From the sequence record MT932213.1: a DNA stretch of 64,000 nt, one strand, 5' to 3'. Shown here piece by piece: positions 27,841 to 40,926 of this stretch. The translations under genes were made by a program, and so were the position numbers. How positions within the stretch are numbered: position 1 is the first letter of the stretch; the number at the start of each line of letters is the position of its first letter. The notes under the pieces were generated by a model. That model was not told where the DNA came from. It did no database searches and worked only from the letters and a program-made list of their open reading frames with translations. The DNA comes from Escherichia phage VEc74.

Positions 27841-28421
27841 TATTCACCACAGAATTCGTTGATATTTTCCCAGTTTAACTTATTCAAGTTTTTCTTAGGA
27901 ACATTAAACACTTCAATACCTGCATTTCGCAGAATATCATCCCAACCGGGTTTATTTTTATCGTATGTTTCACAATAAACCAGCTTTTTAATACCAGATT
28001 GAGCTATCGCTTTTGCGCAATCTGGACAGGGAGAAAGTGTTACATACATAGTAGCACCTTCAATAGAAGAACCATTTCGTGCAGCAAACAAAATTGCATT
28101 TAGTTCAGCATGAATTTCATTTTTAGATGACCATTCCGAGTGAGCACTACGATGTTCTTTCGCCAAAACAAAACGATCAGTTGAACCAAATGATACGCAT
28201 TCAGGCTTATGACCTTTAATGATAGTATGTTTAGGCTTATTCAACAACCAACCTTGCTCAGCAGCATAATCACAACAGTTCACTCCCCCTGCGGGTGAAC
28301 CATTATACCCAGTAGAAATAATACGTCCATTCTTTTCAATTACTGCTCCTACCTTCCAGGAGCAACATTTTGATTCCTGCGATACTAAATATGCAATTTG
28401 AAGTACTGTACTCGCTTTCAT
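27840..28421 (-). CDS. cd: dCMP deaminase
   Basis: 193-aa ORF; zinc-binding deaminase motifs HAELNAI and PCPDCAKAI. Confidence 0.9.
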   Translation of the reverse strand: MKASTVLQIAYLVSQESKCCSWKVGAVIEKNGRIISTGYNGSPAGGVNCCDYAAEQGWLLNKPKHTIIKGHKPECVSFGSTDRFVLAKEHRSAHSEWSSKNEIHAELNAILFAARNGSSIEGATMYVTLSPCPDCAKAIAQSGIKKLVYCETYDKNKPGWDDILRNAGIEVFNVPKKNLNKLNWENINEFCGE

Positions 28422-28756
28422 TTCATAATCACCAGATAAGCAGATTTAGTAGTTTCAACACGATAAATTTCGTGACGAAGTTTAGTTATACTTTTAATAA
28501 CAGAACTAATTATATTCTGCCCATCTTTAAAGCGGTTTTTCTTATCAATAAAAACTGCGCCAGTCATCTTTTTGTGAAGCTCAACTGGATACTTCGTCAC
28601 AATAATAGCATCATACACAGAAGGATGAATACTATTCACCAGAGTATCATTCATTAAAGTTATTCTAATGAACTGTGCTGTTTCAGAATCAAGCGCTCTA
28701 TGATCGCCAGTATCATTTTCAAGACAATTATCAATTATATCAGTTAAATTCATCAT
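28418..28756 (-). CDS. Hypothetical protein (cd.1 position)
   Basis: 112-aa ORF, ATGA overlap with cd. Confidence 0.5.
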   Translation of the reverse strand: MMNLTDIIDNCLENDTGDHRALDSETAQFIRITLMNDTLVNSIHPSVYDAIIVTKYPVELHKKMTGAVFIDKKNRFKDGQNIISSVIKSITKLRHEIYRVETTKSAYLVIMK

Positions 28757-28989
28757 AGTACGCCATACACCCTTTGTGCTTCAACTAATCCATCAAAATC
28801 CAGTTTAAGATGCGATATTTGATCGCCATCGCCTGGATTCACAATTACTAATACTGAACGAGGAGTTTCGGTAATAACACGAACCGATGTTTCAGGAAAT
28901 CGTTCAGAAACCTTATTTACTAATTCCTGTGCAAATAGTTTAACTTTTTCTTGGAATTCTTTAACAGTAATTGGTTTTTCACTTAGCAT
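28753..28989 (-). CDS. Hypothetical protein (cd.2 position)
   Basis: 78-aa ORF. Confidence 0.5.
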   Translation of the reverse strand: MLSEKPITVKEFQEKVKLFAQELVNKVSERFPETSVRVITETPRSVLVIVNPGDGDQISHLKLDFDGLVEAQRVYGVL

Positions 28990-29510
28990 GTTGATCCCAG
29001 CTCCTTACTTTCAACATTTTTAACTAATTTGACAGAAACTAATTCAGCATCTTGAGTAATCATTACCGGACCTTCTTCATACTCTTCAAGATATTCTAGA
29101 GCTTTCTTTTTAGCTTCTTCCTTCGTATCAGTTTGAGCATAGATATAAAACATACAACCAGTAATACCTACTACTTTCCACTTAATTTCTTTATCAGTTT
29201 TAATTTCAAATTTACTGGCAGAATCATCTTTTTGAACTTCTTCGAAAAAAGAATATTCTAACATATAAGCAATTGAAAATAACGGGCTAACTTTATAGGA
29301 TTCGCCCATTACATCAACAGCTTTATACCAACAGTCATCAATTTCGCGTTTAATGCTAATAACATTTTTCGCAGGATCTATTTTTACTTTAAATGAATTT
29401 TCTCCAATAAACTGAGCAATTCGTTTATTAGCCCCGCAAGTTTCATTAAAAATATCTTTATATCCAGCTTTAAAGCGATAAACCTTATCTTCTTCAAACC
29501 ATTCGCTCAT
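28983..29510 (-). CDS. Hypothetical protein (cd.3 position)
   Basis: 175-aa ORF with RBS and early promoter. Confidence 0.5.
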   Translation of the reverse strand: MSEWFEEDKVYRFKAGYKDIFNETCGANKRIAQFIGENSFKVKIDPAKNVISIKREIDDCWYKAVDVMGESYKVSPLFSIAYMLEYSFFEEVQKDDSASKFEIKTDKEIKWKVVGITGCMFYIYAQTDTKEEAKKKALEYLEEYEEGPVMITQDAELVSVKLVKNVESKELGSTC

Positions 29511-29540
29511 TTCAATTTCCTCATTTGTTTTGGTAGAGCT

Positions 29541-29570
29541 ATAATATCACAACTCTACCGTAAAGTAAAC
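29541..29570 (-). promoter_or_regulatory. Early promoter (-35 GTTTAC, 18-bp spacer, -10 TATTAT)
   Basis: Read on minus strand upstream of the 175-aa ORF. Confidence 0.5.
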
Positions 29571-29572
29571 CA

Positions 29573-29848
29573 TTAAATCGCTTTGAATTCCGCAGTTTGA
29601 GATTCAAAACGAATGTCGCCTTTGATAACTAGCTCAGCATCAAGACCGAATACAACAATGATATGCGCGGAACCTGGATACAACGTGATGGCAACAGAAT
29701 CCACCTGGTCTGGAAGCAAAGTGTTCAATACATGAGTCACTTGAGCGTGGATTCGAAGCTCAGCTGCGTTATCAAGTTTTTCAAACATATTATTAGCGAT
29801 AATTTGGCTAAACACTACTTCTACGATTTTAGAGTAAGTCGGAAACAT
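29573..29848 (-). CDS. Hypothetical protein (cd.4 position)
   Basis: 91-aa ORF. Confidence 0.45.
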   Translation of the reverse strand: MFPTYSKIVEVVFSQIIANNMFEKLDNAAELRIHAQVTHVLNTLLPDQVDSVAITLYPGSAHIIVVFGLDAELVIKGDIRFESQTAEFKAI

Positions 29849-29912
29849 ATTTACCTCACATAATTTTCTTCAAGCCAATTAATAATATCCCAAGTTTCAT
29901 GGTGCAAAGCCA

Positions 29913-31134
<1,222 letters not shown>

Positions 31135-31138
<4 letters not shown>

Positions 31139-31365
31139 TTATTTTTCTCAACCAATGATTGAATATAATCATGCAGGTCTTTAGATGCTTTGCCCCACTT
31201 ATTTTGGTATTCATTTTTAAGATTAGCACGTGATTGAGCTAATAAAACATCATTAGTTGGAGGTAAAGATTCCAACCGCTGAATTTGGCGTCCATAAATC
31301 ATTGCAGCCATCTCGGATTCATAAATCAATCCTTTGAGATGTTCAAATTGATGCCATGAAATCAT
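31135..31365 (-). CDS. Hypothetical protein (pseT.2 position)
   Basis: 76-aa ORF. Confidence 0.5.
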
Positions 31366-31661
31366 TTACATTTATCCTCTTTTAACTCTTGACGATAATA
31401 ACATATCATAGTTTTCTGGTCATGTACATATCGTTTTACATCATTAAGCCAAATACGAAATTCCTGAGAATCTTCAAATGGCATACCGACCCAAGCTTTA
31501 CCATCAATAACTTTAACTTGCCAAGATAATTTAGCTTCGTCATATGACTTTATTTGTACAGGCCAATTAGGATGAACTGTTTCTTTCTTTACTTCTAGAG
31601 GCTTTGTCGAACAACCAACTAGAAGACCAATAGATAATATTACTGCTGATAGTTTAATCAT
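31362..31661 (-). CDS. Predicted lipoprotein
   Basis: 99-aa ORF; N-terminal signal MIKLSAVILSIGLLVGC with lipobox-like LVGC. Confidence 0.55.
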   Translation of the reverse strand: MIKLSAVILSIGLLVGCSTKPLEVKKETVHPNWPVQIKSYDEAKLSWQVKVIDGKAWVGMPFEDSQEFRIWLNDVKRYVHDQKTMICYYRQELKEDKCK

Positions 31662-32011
31662 TTAGAAAGGTCCTGGATGTCTTCTGCGAACTTGTTGAAG
31701 GAGTTGTTGATTTGTTTTTCAACCAATCCTGGCTTATGAGCCACCACATCCGCCTTCTTTGCATCTTTGCGCAGTTTTTCATTTTCACGCTCAATAGCAG
31801 CAATTGCCTCACGATTTTTATTATTCATCGCATCAATATAATTATACTGAATTTGCAAATTATTTAACGCTAAGGCGTTTTCATTGGCCGTTTTTGTAAT
31901 TTCAGTAACTGATGTTTCTAATCTTTCTACCTTATTTTTTAAAATAATAGATGTTCCGCCAAATGCTATTACAAGTAATAGCAATCCAGCTGTAAAATTA
32001 CTTACATGCAT
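31658..32011 (-). CDS. Predicted membrane-anchored coiled-coil protein
   Basis: 117-aa ORF; N-terminal hydrophobic helix FTAGLLLLVIAFGGTSIIL then heptad-like charged region. Confidence 0.5.
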   Translation of the reverse strand: MHVSNFTAGLLLLVIAFGGTSIILKNKVERLETSVTEITKTANENALALNNLQIQYNYIDAMNNKNREAIAAIERENEKLRKDAKKADVVAHKPGLVEKQINNSFNKFAEDIQDLSK

Positions 32012-32508
32012 AAAGTTTTAATAACCTCTATAATATCGTCTTGGGAAAGACCGTTAATTAAAATATGATGCTCAGCTGGAGATTTAGAAATTTTAAAGCA
32101 TGCCTCAACATCTTCTGCCATATCCGATGCACTACGATTTGGATTACTAATTCCAAGACGATGCTTTCCAGTCAAAGGATTAACAATAATGTAGCATTTA
32201 CAGCTATTGATATGAACATTAGGTTGAGTCTGATTAATGAACACTTCACAATCATACTTAGCGAGTTGATTTTCTAAAAAGACTTTCATCTCTTCAACCG
32301 CATCAGGAAGCATATCACGGGCTTGCTCAAGACGACGATTTCGATATTCTTTAATGGTCGTTTTCCGCTTGACTTGCTTAGCTAAATCTTTCTTAAGATC
32401 GGTGATATATCCAACTCGACGATTTCCTTTAAATACAGAAATCCCATCTGTAGTATCACCGTATGCTTCAACGACCATTTCAGTAGTAATGAGCTGCAAA
32501 TCCATCAT
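32002..32508 (-). CDS. alc: Probable Alc (inhibitor of host transcription on cytosine-containing DNA)
   Basis: 168-aa ORF at the T4 alc position between pseT.x and rnlA; T4 Alc is 167 aa as I recall; sequence identity not verified. Confidence 0.55.
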   Translation of the reverse strand: MMDLQLITTEMVVEAYGDTTDGISVFKGNRRVGYITDLKKDLAKQVKRKTTIKEYRNRRLEQARDMLPDAVEEMKVFLENQLAKYDCEVFINQTQPNVHINSCKCYIIVNPLTGKHRLGISNPNRSASDMAEDVEACFKISKSPAEHHILINGLSQDDIIEVIKTLCM

Positions 32509-32536
32509 AAAGTCCTCATGTTATGTCAGTAAGACT

Positions 32537-32566
32537 ACTGTAACACAACACGAGGGACTTGTAAAC
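32537..32566 (-). promoter_or_regulatory. Early promoter (-35 GTTTAC, 18-bp spacer, -10 TACAGT), copy of the 16991-17020 module
   Basis: 45 of 50 bp identical to 16971-17020, including leader and RBS. Confidence 0.6.
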
Positions 32567-32569
32567 AGC

Positions 32570-34157
<1,588 letters not shown>

Positions 34158-34165
34158 AATAAAAT

Positions 34166-34179
34166 GGGCCTTGCGGCCC
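34166..34179 (-). terminator. GC hairpin (gggccttgcggccc) after nrdB
   Basis: Perfect 5-bp stem, T-rich on minus strand. Confidence 0.55.
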
Positions 34180-34184
34180 ACTCC

Positions 34185-35354
34185 TTAAAAGTATTTTTTA
34201 AAACTCATCATAACTTTATCATCAACATCATTATCAATCTGCGCTACAAGATAAGATGACAGTTCTACTTCTTGCGGTGCAGATTGAACATTATCAGAAT
34301 TAAGATATTCACGAATCCAAGGATATGGATGTTTAACCGGAGCATCGGTAATTGGGCATGGAAGACCACACTGTTTCATACGAGATACAGTTAAGTAATC
34401 AATAAAGCTCCACATGCTATTTGTATTTAATCCAGGAACATCGCCATCTTTAAATAAATGAACTGCCCAATCTTTTTCTTGGCGGTTAACTTCCATGAAA
34501 ATATCAACTGCTTCTTGTTCACACTCTTGAGCAATTTTAACCCATTCATCGCCATCAGTACCGGATTGAAGCTGACGAATAATATATTGGGTGCCTTTAA
34601 GGTGAAGCTGCTCATCACGTGCAATGAACTTCATAATCTTGGCATTACCTTCCATGATTTCCATGTTCTTATGGAAGTTAAAGGTACATGCAAAAGATAC
34701 ATAAAAACGAATAGCTTCTAAGGCATTAATAACGTGCAAACAGAGGTAAAGAGATTTCATTAAAGCACGTTTAGTACATGCAACAACTTTGCCTAACTCT
34801 TCTTTACGAAATCCTTCTGATAAAATTCCTTCATATTCTTCTTTAGCATTTTCCCAATAACGAGTTTTAACCAGAACATCATCATAATATCGTCCGATAG
34901 ATTCAGCGCGCTTCATAATTGCGTCATCTAATACAATCTCATCAAATACCTTCGATGGATCTGTATAAAGATTTCGCATAATATGAGTATATGAACGAGA
35001 GTGAATAGTTTCACTGAAAGTCCATGTAGCAACCCATGTATCTAATGAAGGGTCTGAAAGCAATGACATAAGTACAGCAGACGGCGCACGACCCTGAATG
35101 CTATCCAAAAGTGATTGATACTTCAGATTATTAGTAAAAATATTTTGCTGATACTGAGGAAGTTTATTAAATTGTGCAGCATCCATCATTAAGTTTACTT
35201 CTTCAGGCCGCCAGAAAAATGACAATTGCTTTTCGGTCAAATCTTCAAAAACTTTATGGCGTTGAATATCATAACGCGCAATACCAAGACCTGAACCAAA
35301 AAACATAGGTTCTTTTAAAACATCAACTGGATTTGTATTAAAAACTGTGCTCAT
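34185..35354 (-). CDS. nrdB: Ribonucleotide reductase small subunit, uninterrupted (no intron)
   Basis: 389-aa continuous ORF with di-iron R2 features; T4 NrdB is 388 aa. Confidence 0.9.
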   Translation of the reverse strand: MSTVFNTNPVDVLKEPMFFGSGLGIARYDIQRHKVFEDLTEKQLSFFWRPEEVNLMMDAAQFNKLPQYQQNIFTNNLKYQSLLDSIQGRAPSAVLMSLLSDPSLDTWVATWTFSETIHSRSYTHIMRNLYTDPSKVFDEIVLDDAIMKRAESIGRYYDDVLVKTRYWENAKEEYEGILSEGFRKEELGKVVACTKRALMKSLYLCLHVINALEAIRFYVSFACTFNFHKNMEIMEGNAKIMKFIARDEQLHLKGTQYIIRQLQSGTDGDEWVKIAQECEQEAVDIFMEVNRQEKDWAVHLFKDGDVPGLNTNSMWSFIDYLTVSRMKQCGLPCPITDAPVKHPYPWIREYLNSDNVQSAPQEVELSSYLVAQIDNDVDDKVMMSFKKYF

Positions 35355-35405
35355 AAATTTTCCACTTAGTTAATAGATAGTGACTCGTCCATGAGTCAAA
35401 TTATA

Positions 35406-37670
35406 TCATAATTTACAGGATGAACAATCTTCAGCTTTTGGAGTTTCTATTTCATAATCATCAGTACCAGAACCATCACGGGTATTATGATAATAGAAAT
35501 TTTTTCCGCCAAAATACCAGAAATACAAAAGGTCATCAATCATTATTGACATTGGAACCTTTCCCTTTGGAAAAATCTGCGGATCATAGTATGTATTTGC
35601 TGAAGCTGATTGACATACCCATTTCAGCATAATAGCTACCTGCGTAAGATAAGGTTTATTACCTTTCTTAGCTAATTTCCATGTATAATCATATAGGTCT
35701 ATGTTATGCTCAATATTGGGCACGACTTGATTAAAGGAGCCCTCTTTTGATTCTTTAACAGAGACTGGTCCACGTGGAGGCTCGATACCGTTTGTACTGT
35801 TAGAAACTTGGGAAGATGACTCACATGGCATAAGTGCTGATAATGTGCTATTACGGATGCCAAAGAGCTTAAGGTCTTCCCGCAGCGACGACCAGTCACA
35901 AACGTATTTTGGAGCTGCGATTTGGTCAATCTTTTTATTGTACCAGTCGATAGGTAATTCGCCTCGAGACCAACGAGTGTCTGAATAATATTCGCAAGGT
36001 CCTTTTTCTTTGGCGAGCTTAATGGATGCTTTAATGAGTCCATACTGTAATCTCTCAAATAGTTCATGTGTTAAATCGTTAGCATCTTCATAAGAAGCAA
36101 AGTTACTTGCCAGCCAAGCTGCATAGTTAGTAACACCTACACCGAGGTTACGACGCTTTTTAGCTTTTTCTGCTTCAGGAACTGGATATCCTTGGTAATC
36201 CAACAGATTATCAAGAGCACGAACTTGAACTTCTGCCAATTCATTAATTTTATCTTGGTCTTGCCAGTCAAAATTATCTAGTACGAATGCAGAGAGAGTA
36301 CACAATCCAATTTCAGCATCAGGACTATTTACATCATTTGTTGGAATAGCAATTTCACAACACAAGTTACTCTGACGAATAGGTGCCTTTTCACGAATAA
36401 ACGGAGTATAGTTATTCGTATTATCAATGAACTGTACATAAATCCTTGCTGTTCCTGAACGTTCAGTCATGAGCAATTCAAATAATTCACGGGCTTTAAT
36501 ACGCTTTTTACGAATATTAGGGTCTTTTTCTGCTGCTTCGTATAATTCACGGAAACGGTCTTGGTCTTTAAAATAAGAATAATAAAGCTCTCCACCCATT
36601 TCATGCGGACTGAACAAAGTAATGTAATCGTTCTTTCCAAAACGTTCCATCATTAGGTCATTCAGTTGAACACCATAATCCATATGACGGATACGGTTTT
36701 CTTCTACGCCTTTGTTATTTTTCAAAACGAGAAGATTTTCAACTTCCAAATGCCAAATAGGATAATAAGCAGTAGCAGCGCCGCCACGAATTCCACCCTG
36801 TGAACATGATTTAACTGCAGTCTGAAAATGTTTCCAAAAAGGAATAACACCAGTATGGCGTACTTCACCCATGCCAATCTTAGAACCTTCGGCACGAATC
36901 ATACCAACGTTAATACCAATTCCAGCGCGTTTAGAGATATATTCAACAATTGAAGCGGAAGCCTTATTGATAGACTTTAATGAATCACCTGCCTCAATAA
37001 CAACACATGAACTAAACTGTCGAGTCGGAGTACGGCAACCAGCCATAATAGGAGTTGGCAATGAAATCTGTCGAGTAGATACTGCTTCATAAAAACGGAT
37101 AACATGTTTTAATCTATCAACAGGTTCATCTTGATGTAATGCCATTCCAATAGTCATAAATGCAAACTGTGGAGTTTCATAAATTTGACCAGTGGTTTTA
37201 TCTTTAACTAGATATTTTTCTTTTAATTGCATCGCCCCGGAATAAGTAAATTCCATATCCCGCTCGTGCTTAATTTTTGATTCTAAAAATGTAATTTCTT
37301 CTGCTGAATATTTTGACAATAATTCAGGGTCATATTTACCTTCATTTACACAGTAAGAAATATGGTCAATAAATGAACGTGGTTCATACTGCCCATAAAC
37401 ATGCTTACGAAGAGCAAACATTAAACAGCGTGCAGCTACATATTGATAATCAGGCTCTTCAACCGAAATAGAATTCGCAGCGGCCTTAATGACAATAGTC
37501 TGAATATCATCAGTTGTCATTCCATCACGGAGATAAGATTTAATATTTTCATATAATTCATAAGGATCTACTGATGTTCCCTCAGCTGCCCAAGATAAAA
37601 CTTTAATAATTTTTTGTGGGTCAAAGCTCTGAGAAACACCACTACTTTTGATAACATTAATTAATTGCAT
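35406..37670 (-). CDS. nrdA: Ribonucleotide reductase large subunit
   Basis: 754-aa ORF, T4 NrdA length; class Ia active-site region NLCCEIA. Confidence 0.92.
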   Translation of the reverse strand: MQLINVIKSSGVSQSFDPQKIIKVLSWAAEGTSVDPYELYENIKSYLRDGMTTDDIQTIVIKAAANSISVEEPDYQYVAARCLMFALRKHVYGQYEPRSFIDHISYCVNEGKYDPELLSKYSAEEITFLESKIKHERDMEFTYSGAMQLKEKYLVKDKTTGQIYETPQFAFMTIGMALHQDEPVDRLKHVIRFYEAVSTRQISLPTPIMAGCRTPTRQFSSCVVIEAGDSLKSINKASASIVEYISKRAGIGINVGMIRAEGSKIGMGEVRHTGVIPFWKHFQTAVKSCSQGGIRGGAATAYYPIWHLEVENLLVLKNNKGVEENRIRHMDYGVQLNDLMMERFGKNDYITLFSPHEMGGELYYSYFKDQDRFRELYEAAEKDPNIRKKRIKARELFELLMTERSGTARIYVQFIDNTNNYTPFIREKAPIRQSNLCCEIAIPTNDVNSPDAEIGLCTLSAFVLDNFDWQDQDKINELAEVQVRALDNLLDYQGYPVPEAEKAKKRRNLGVGVTNYAAWLASNFASYEDANDLTHELFERLQYGLIKASIKLAKEKGPCEYYSDTRWSRGELPIDWYNKKIDQIAAPKYVCDWSSLREDLKLFGIRNSTLSALMPCESSSQVSNSTNGIEPPRGPVSVKESKEGSFNQVVPNIEHNIDLYDYTWKLAKKGNKPYLTQVAIMLKWVCQSASANTYYDPQIFPKGKVPMSIMIDDLLYFWYFGGKNFYYHNTRDGSGTDDYEIETPKAEDCSSCKL

Positions 37671-37987
37671 AAGTCCTCAACTTGAAAATCGTCTTTAAAC
37701 AATCGGTTAACTATATGAGCTATTATATCACCATGACACGGCTTTGGTTTACATGTGCATCCTAGCCTCATTCCACGTAAAGGCTCTAAATGCGCTTTAG
37801 TTATTTCTCCGGATTTAATTCGACGTATAAAATCTTTTTTAAATAATTCAATGGCAGCCTCCCGGCTGCCAGCATCTTTACCGACGTAATTTCCCCAAAA
37901 TGTACCGCGGTGAATATTAACATCAAAGTCGGATTTATATTTATTCACTACCCGGCATAGACGGCCCGCGCGGTGATAATTCAGCAT
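37661..37987 (-). CDS. Hypothetical protein (nrdA.1 position)
   Basis: 108-aa ORF overlapping nrdA start. Confidence 0.5.
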   Translation of the reverse strand: MLNYHRAGRLCRVVNKYKSDFDVNIHRGTFWGNYVGKDAGSREAAIELFKKDFIRRIKSGEITKAHLEPLRGMRLGCTCKPKPCHGDIIAHIVNRLFKDDFQVEDLCN

Positions 37988-38216
37988 ATTGTTTTTCCGT
38001 CAAAACAGTAATATCGTAGTAACAGTCAGAAGAAGTTTTAACTGTGGAAATTTTATTATCAAAATACTCACGGGTCATTTTATGAGTATAATATTTTTTA
38101 CCATAAATGATAATAGGCTGATTTGGTCCTGGAACTTCTAACTCACTTGGGTTAGGAAGTGTAAAAAGAACGGCACCAGAAGTATCTTTAAATCGTAAAA
38201 TCATATATCCTCTCAA
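37941..38216 (-). CDS. Hypothetical protein (nrdA.2 position)
   Basis: 91-aa ORF. Confidence 0.45.
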   Translation of the reverse strand: MRGYMILRFKDTSGAVLFTLPNPSELEVPGPNQPIIIYGKKYYTHKMTREYFDNKISTVKTSSDCYYDITVLTEKQYAELSPRGPSMPGSE

Positions 38217-38227
38217 TTAAATTAAAA

Positions 38228-39088
38228 TTATACCGCCATCTTTCCTTTAATTGGCGGGTGAGATACATAGTTGTTAAGAACGAAATCTTTAGGTCTAAGT
38301 TTAAGAACATATTTTAATTGTTCTTTAGTAGAAAGATATCGGAATTTATAAGGTAGACCACTTATTACCAGCTCACAAAGCTCTTTAGGTTCACGCCTCA
38401 AAATTTCTTTACACTGTTCTACGTGATTCATATAGATATGAGTATTACCACCAGAAAATATCAAATCTCCTGGAATAAGATTACACATCTTAGCTACAAT
38501 ATGAACTAACGTAGCATATGATGCAATATTAAATGGAAGACCGAGAAAAACATCTACCGAACGTTGATACCACTGCAAATCCAAATAGCCATTACGCACA
38601 TTAAACTGATAGAACATATGACAAGGCGGTAATGCCATATATTTAAGTTCAGCTGGATTCCATGCTGAAACAATTTGACGCCTATCATTTGGCAGTTTTT
38701 TAATACGATCAACAACTTCTATAATTTGGTCTACACCACCAAAATCACGCCACTGTTTTCCATAAATTGGACCAAGTTCACCGCTATGATACCCTAAATC
38801 TTTTGCCTGATTTTCGTAATTTTCATCCCAAACTGTTTTGCCTTGGATTAACGAATCGTGTTGAATTAATCGTAAATCATTGACATTTGTGCTTCCCGAT
38901 AAAAACCATATTAGCTCAGCGATGCAAGCTTTCCAAGCGAGTTTCTTAGTCGTTACTGCAGGAAAACCTTTAGTTAAATCCCAGCGTAATTTAGTACCGA
39001 ACAAAGCAATTGTTCCTGTGCCTGTTCGGTCATCGGTTTCATAGCCATTTTCAAAAATGTCTTTAATTAAATCTTGGTATTGTTTCAT
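38228..39088 (-). CDS. td: Thymidylate synthase, uninterrupted (no group I intron)
   Basis: 286-aa continuous ORF, T4 Td length; active-site region LPPCHMFYQF. Confidence 0.95.
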   Translation of the reverse strand: MKQYQDLIKDIFENGYETDDRTGTGTIALFGTKLRWDLTKGFPAVTTKKLAWKACIAELIWFLSGSTNVNDLRLIQHDSLIQGKTVWDENYENQAKDLGYHSGELGPIYGKQWRDFGGVDQIIEVVDRIKKLPNDRRQIVSAWNPAELKYMALPPCHMFYQFNVRNGYLDLQWYQRSVDVFLGLPFNIASYATLVHIVAKMCNLIPGDLIFSGGNTHIYMNHVEQCKEILRREPKELCELVISGLPYKFRYLSTKEQLKYVLKLRPKDFVLNNYVSHPPIKGKMAV

Positions 39089-39133
39089 TTAGTACCTTAT
39101 ATAAATTATAATACATTTTATGAAGCTAAATAA

Positions 39134-39493
39134 TCAATACGGTTTAGCATCAAATTTTCTTTCGATTTCAGGAGTGAAATATAATTCTTTACCGCGTTTA
39201 GAAAAGCGACCAATAATATGATAATTATTCTCATCAAACGTAATATTGCCAATATCCATGGCTTTCAACCAAATATCGATATTTCTATCCAGTTTTATAT
39301 CAAAATTCCAATACGGAGAACTATTACCGAAAATACTGCAAGCGGATTCAGTGAAACAACTACTATAAATCTTGTCTTTAGGAACTACTAATTGATAGAC
39401 GCCTTTAATAAACTGAGGACCCTGCCATTTAGGTTGTTTCGCGTCTTTTTCTAATAGAATAGGGTAATAATTAAAATTCATATTTTCCGCCAC
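39134..39493 (-). CDS. Hypothetical protein inserted between frd and td (ATG start at 39481 gives 115 aa; track start at 39493 is GTG)
   Basis: ORF MNFNYYPILLEKDAKQPKWQGPQFIKGVYQLVVPKDKIYSSCFTESACSIFG...; no recognisable motif. Confidence 0.5.
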   Translation of the reverse strand: MAENMNFNYYPILLEKDAKQPKWQGPQFIKGVYQLVVPKDKIYSSCFTESACSIFGNSSPYWNFDIKLDRNIDIWLKAMDIGNITFDENNYHIIGRFSKRGKELYFTPEIERKFDAKPY

Positions 39494-39501
39494 GTGTTAT
39501 T

Positions 39502-40328
<827 letters not shown>

Positions 40329-40338
40329 ATTATTTTCC

Positions 40339-40581
40339 TTAAACAGACTTTTTCACAATTTTCCAATCAGCTTTAAACTGCTCGACGTCAGAATGGTAAA
40401 TCCAGAATCCTGCGCTTTCTCCGTCTTCATAAAGAGGACATCCATCACATTCATCTTCCCACCCCATGTCACGTAAAAGATGTTCAGCTTTTTCAACAAG
40501 TTCAGAATCTTTACCGATGATATTAAAATACCATTTACCTCTAACTTCCGAATCTTTGATGCTATGGCGTTGTAATCTCAT
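40339..40581 (-). CDS. Hypothetical protein (frd.2 position)
   Basis: 80-aa ORF with early promoter upstream. Confidence 0.5.
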   Translation of the reverse strand: MRLQRHSIKDSEVRGKWYFNIIGKDSELVEKAEHLLRDMGWEDECDGCPLYEDGESAGFWIYHSDVEQFKADWKIVKKSV

Positions 40582-40607
40582 TTTATTCTCCTCAAGTTGA
40601 TAAGGCT

Positions 40608-40637
40608 ATAGTATCATTACAATAGCCTGTTGTAAAC
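40608..40637 (-). promoter_or_regulatory. Early promoter (-35 GTTTAC, 18-bp spacer, -10 TACTAT)
   Basis: Read on minus strand. Confidence 0.55.
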
Positions 40638-40639
40638 AT

Positions 40640-40867
40640 TTATTTTTGAATTAAGCCCATATAAAATTTAGCATCTTCAGGATACATGCCATCACAATAC
40701 TCATTGGTCATAAAACTGATAAGGTCTTCAAGAGGACCTTGGACTTCAATTTGAATACTAAAGAATTGGGTATCTTTAATGTAAGCCATACTCAAAGAAG
40801 GATAACGATTGCGGATAACTTCATAAGTGTATTCAAAATCAACAATATCAATATTAACCTTAGCCAT
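40640..40867 (-). CDS. Small acidic protein, paralog of the 41336-41566 ORF
   Basis: 75-aa ORF from [26 protein letters not shown]...; RBS GAGGAAAATAAA; track ORF is longer but its start lies upstream of the promoter. Confidence 0.55.
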   Translation of the reverse strand: MAKVNIDIVDFEYTYEVIRNRYPSLSMAYIKDTQFFSIQIEVQGPLEDLISFMTNEYCDGMYPEDAKFYMGLIQK

Positions 40868-40896
40868 TTTATTTTCCTCATGTAGTTGATAGGGTA

Positions 40897-40926
40897 ATAG
40901 TATCACACTATTACCATGATGTAAAC
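40897..40926 (-). promoter_or_regulatory. Early promoter (-35 GTTTAC, 18-bp spacer, -10 TACTAT)
   Basis: Read on minus strand. Confidence 0.55.

Noticed and set aside
38228-39088. Group I intron in td, and similarly in nrdB
   Set aside because: Both ORFs are continuous at full T4 protein length with no interruption, so no intron is present.
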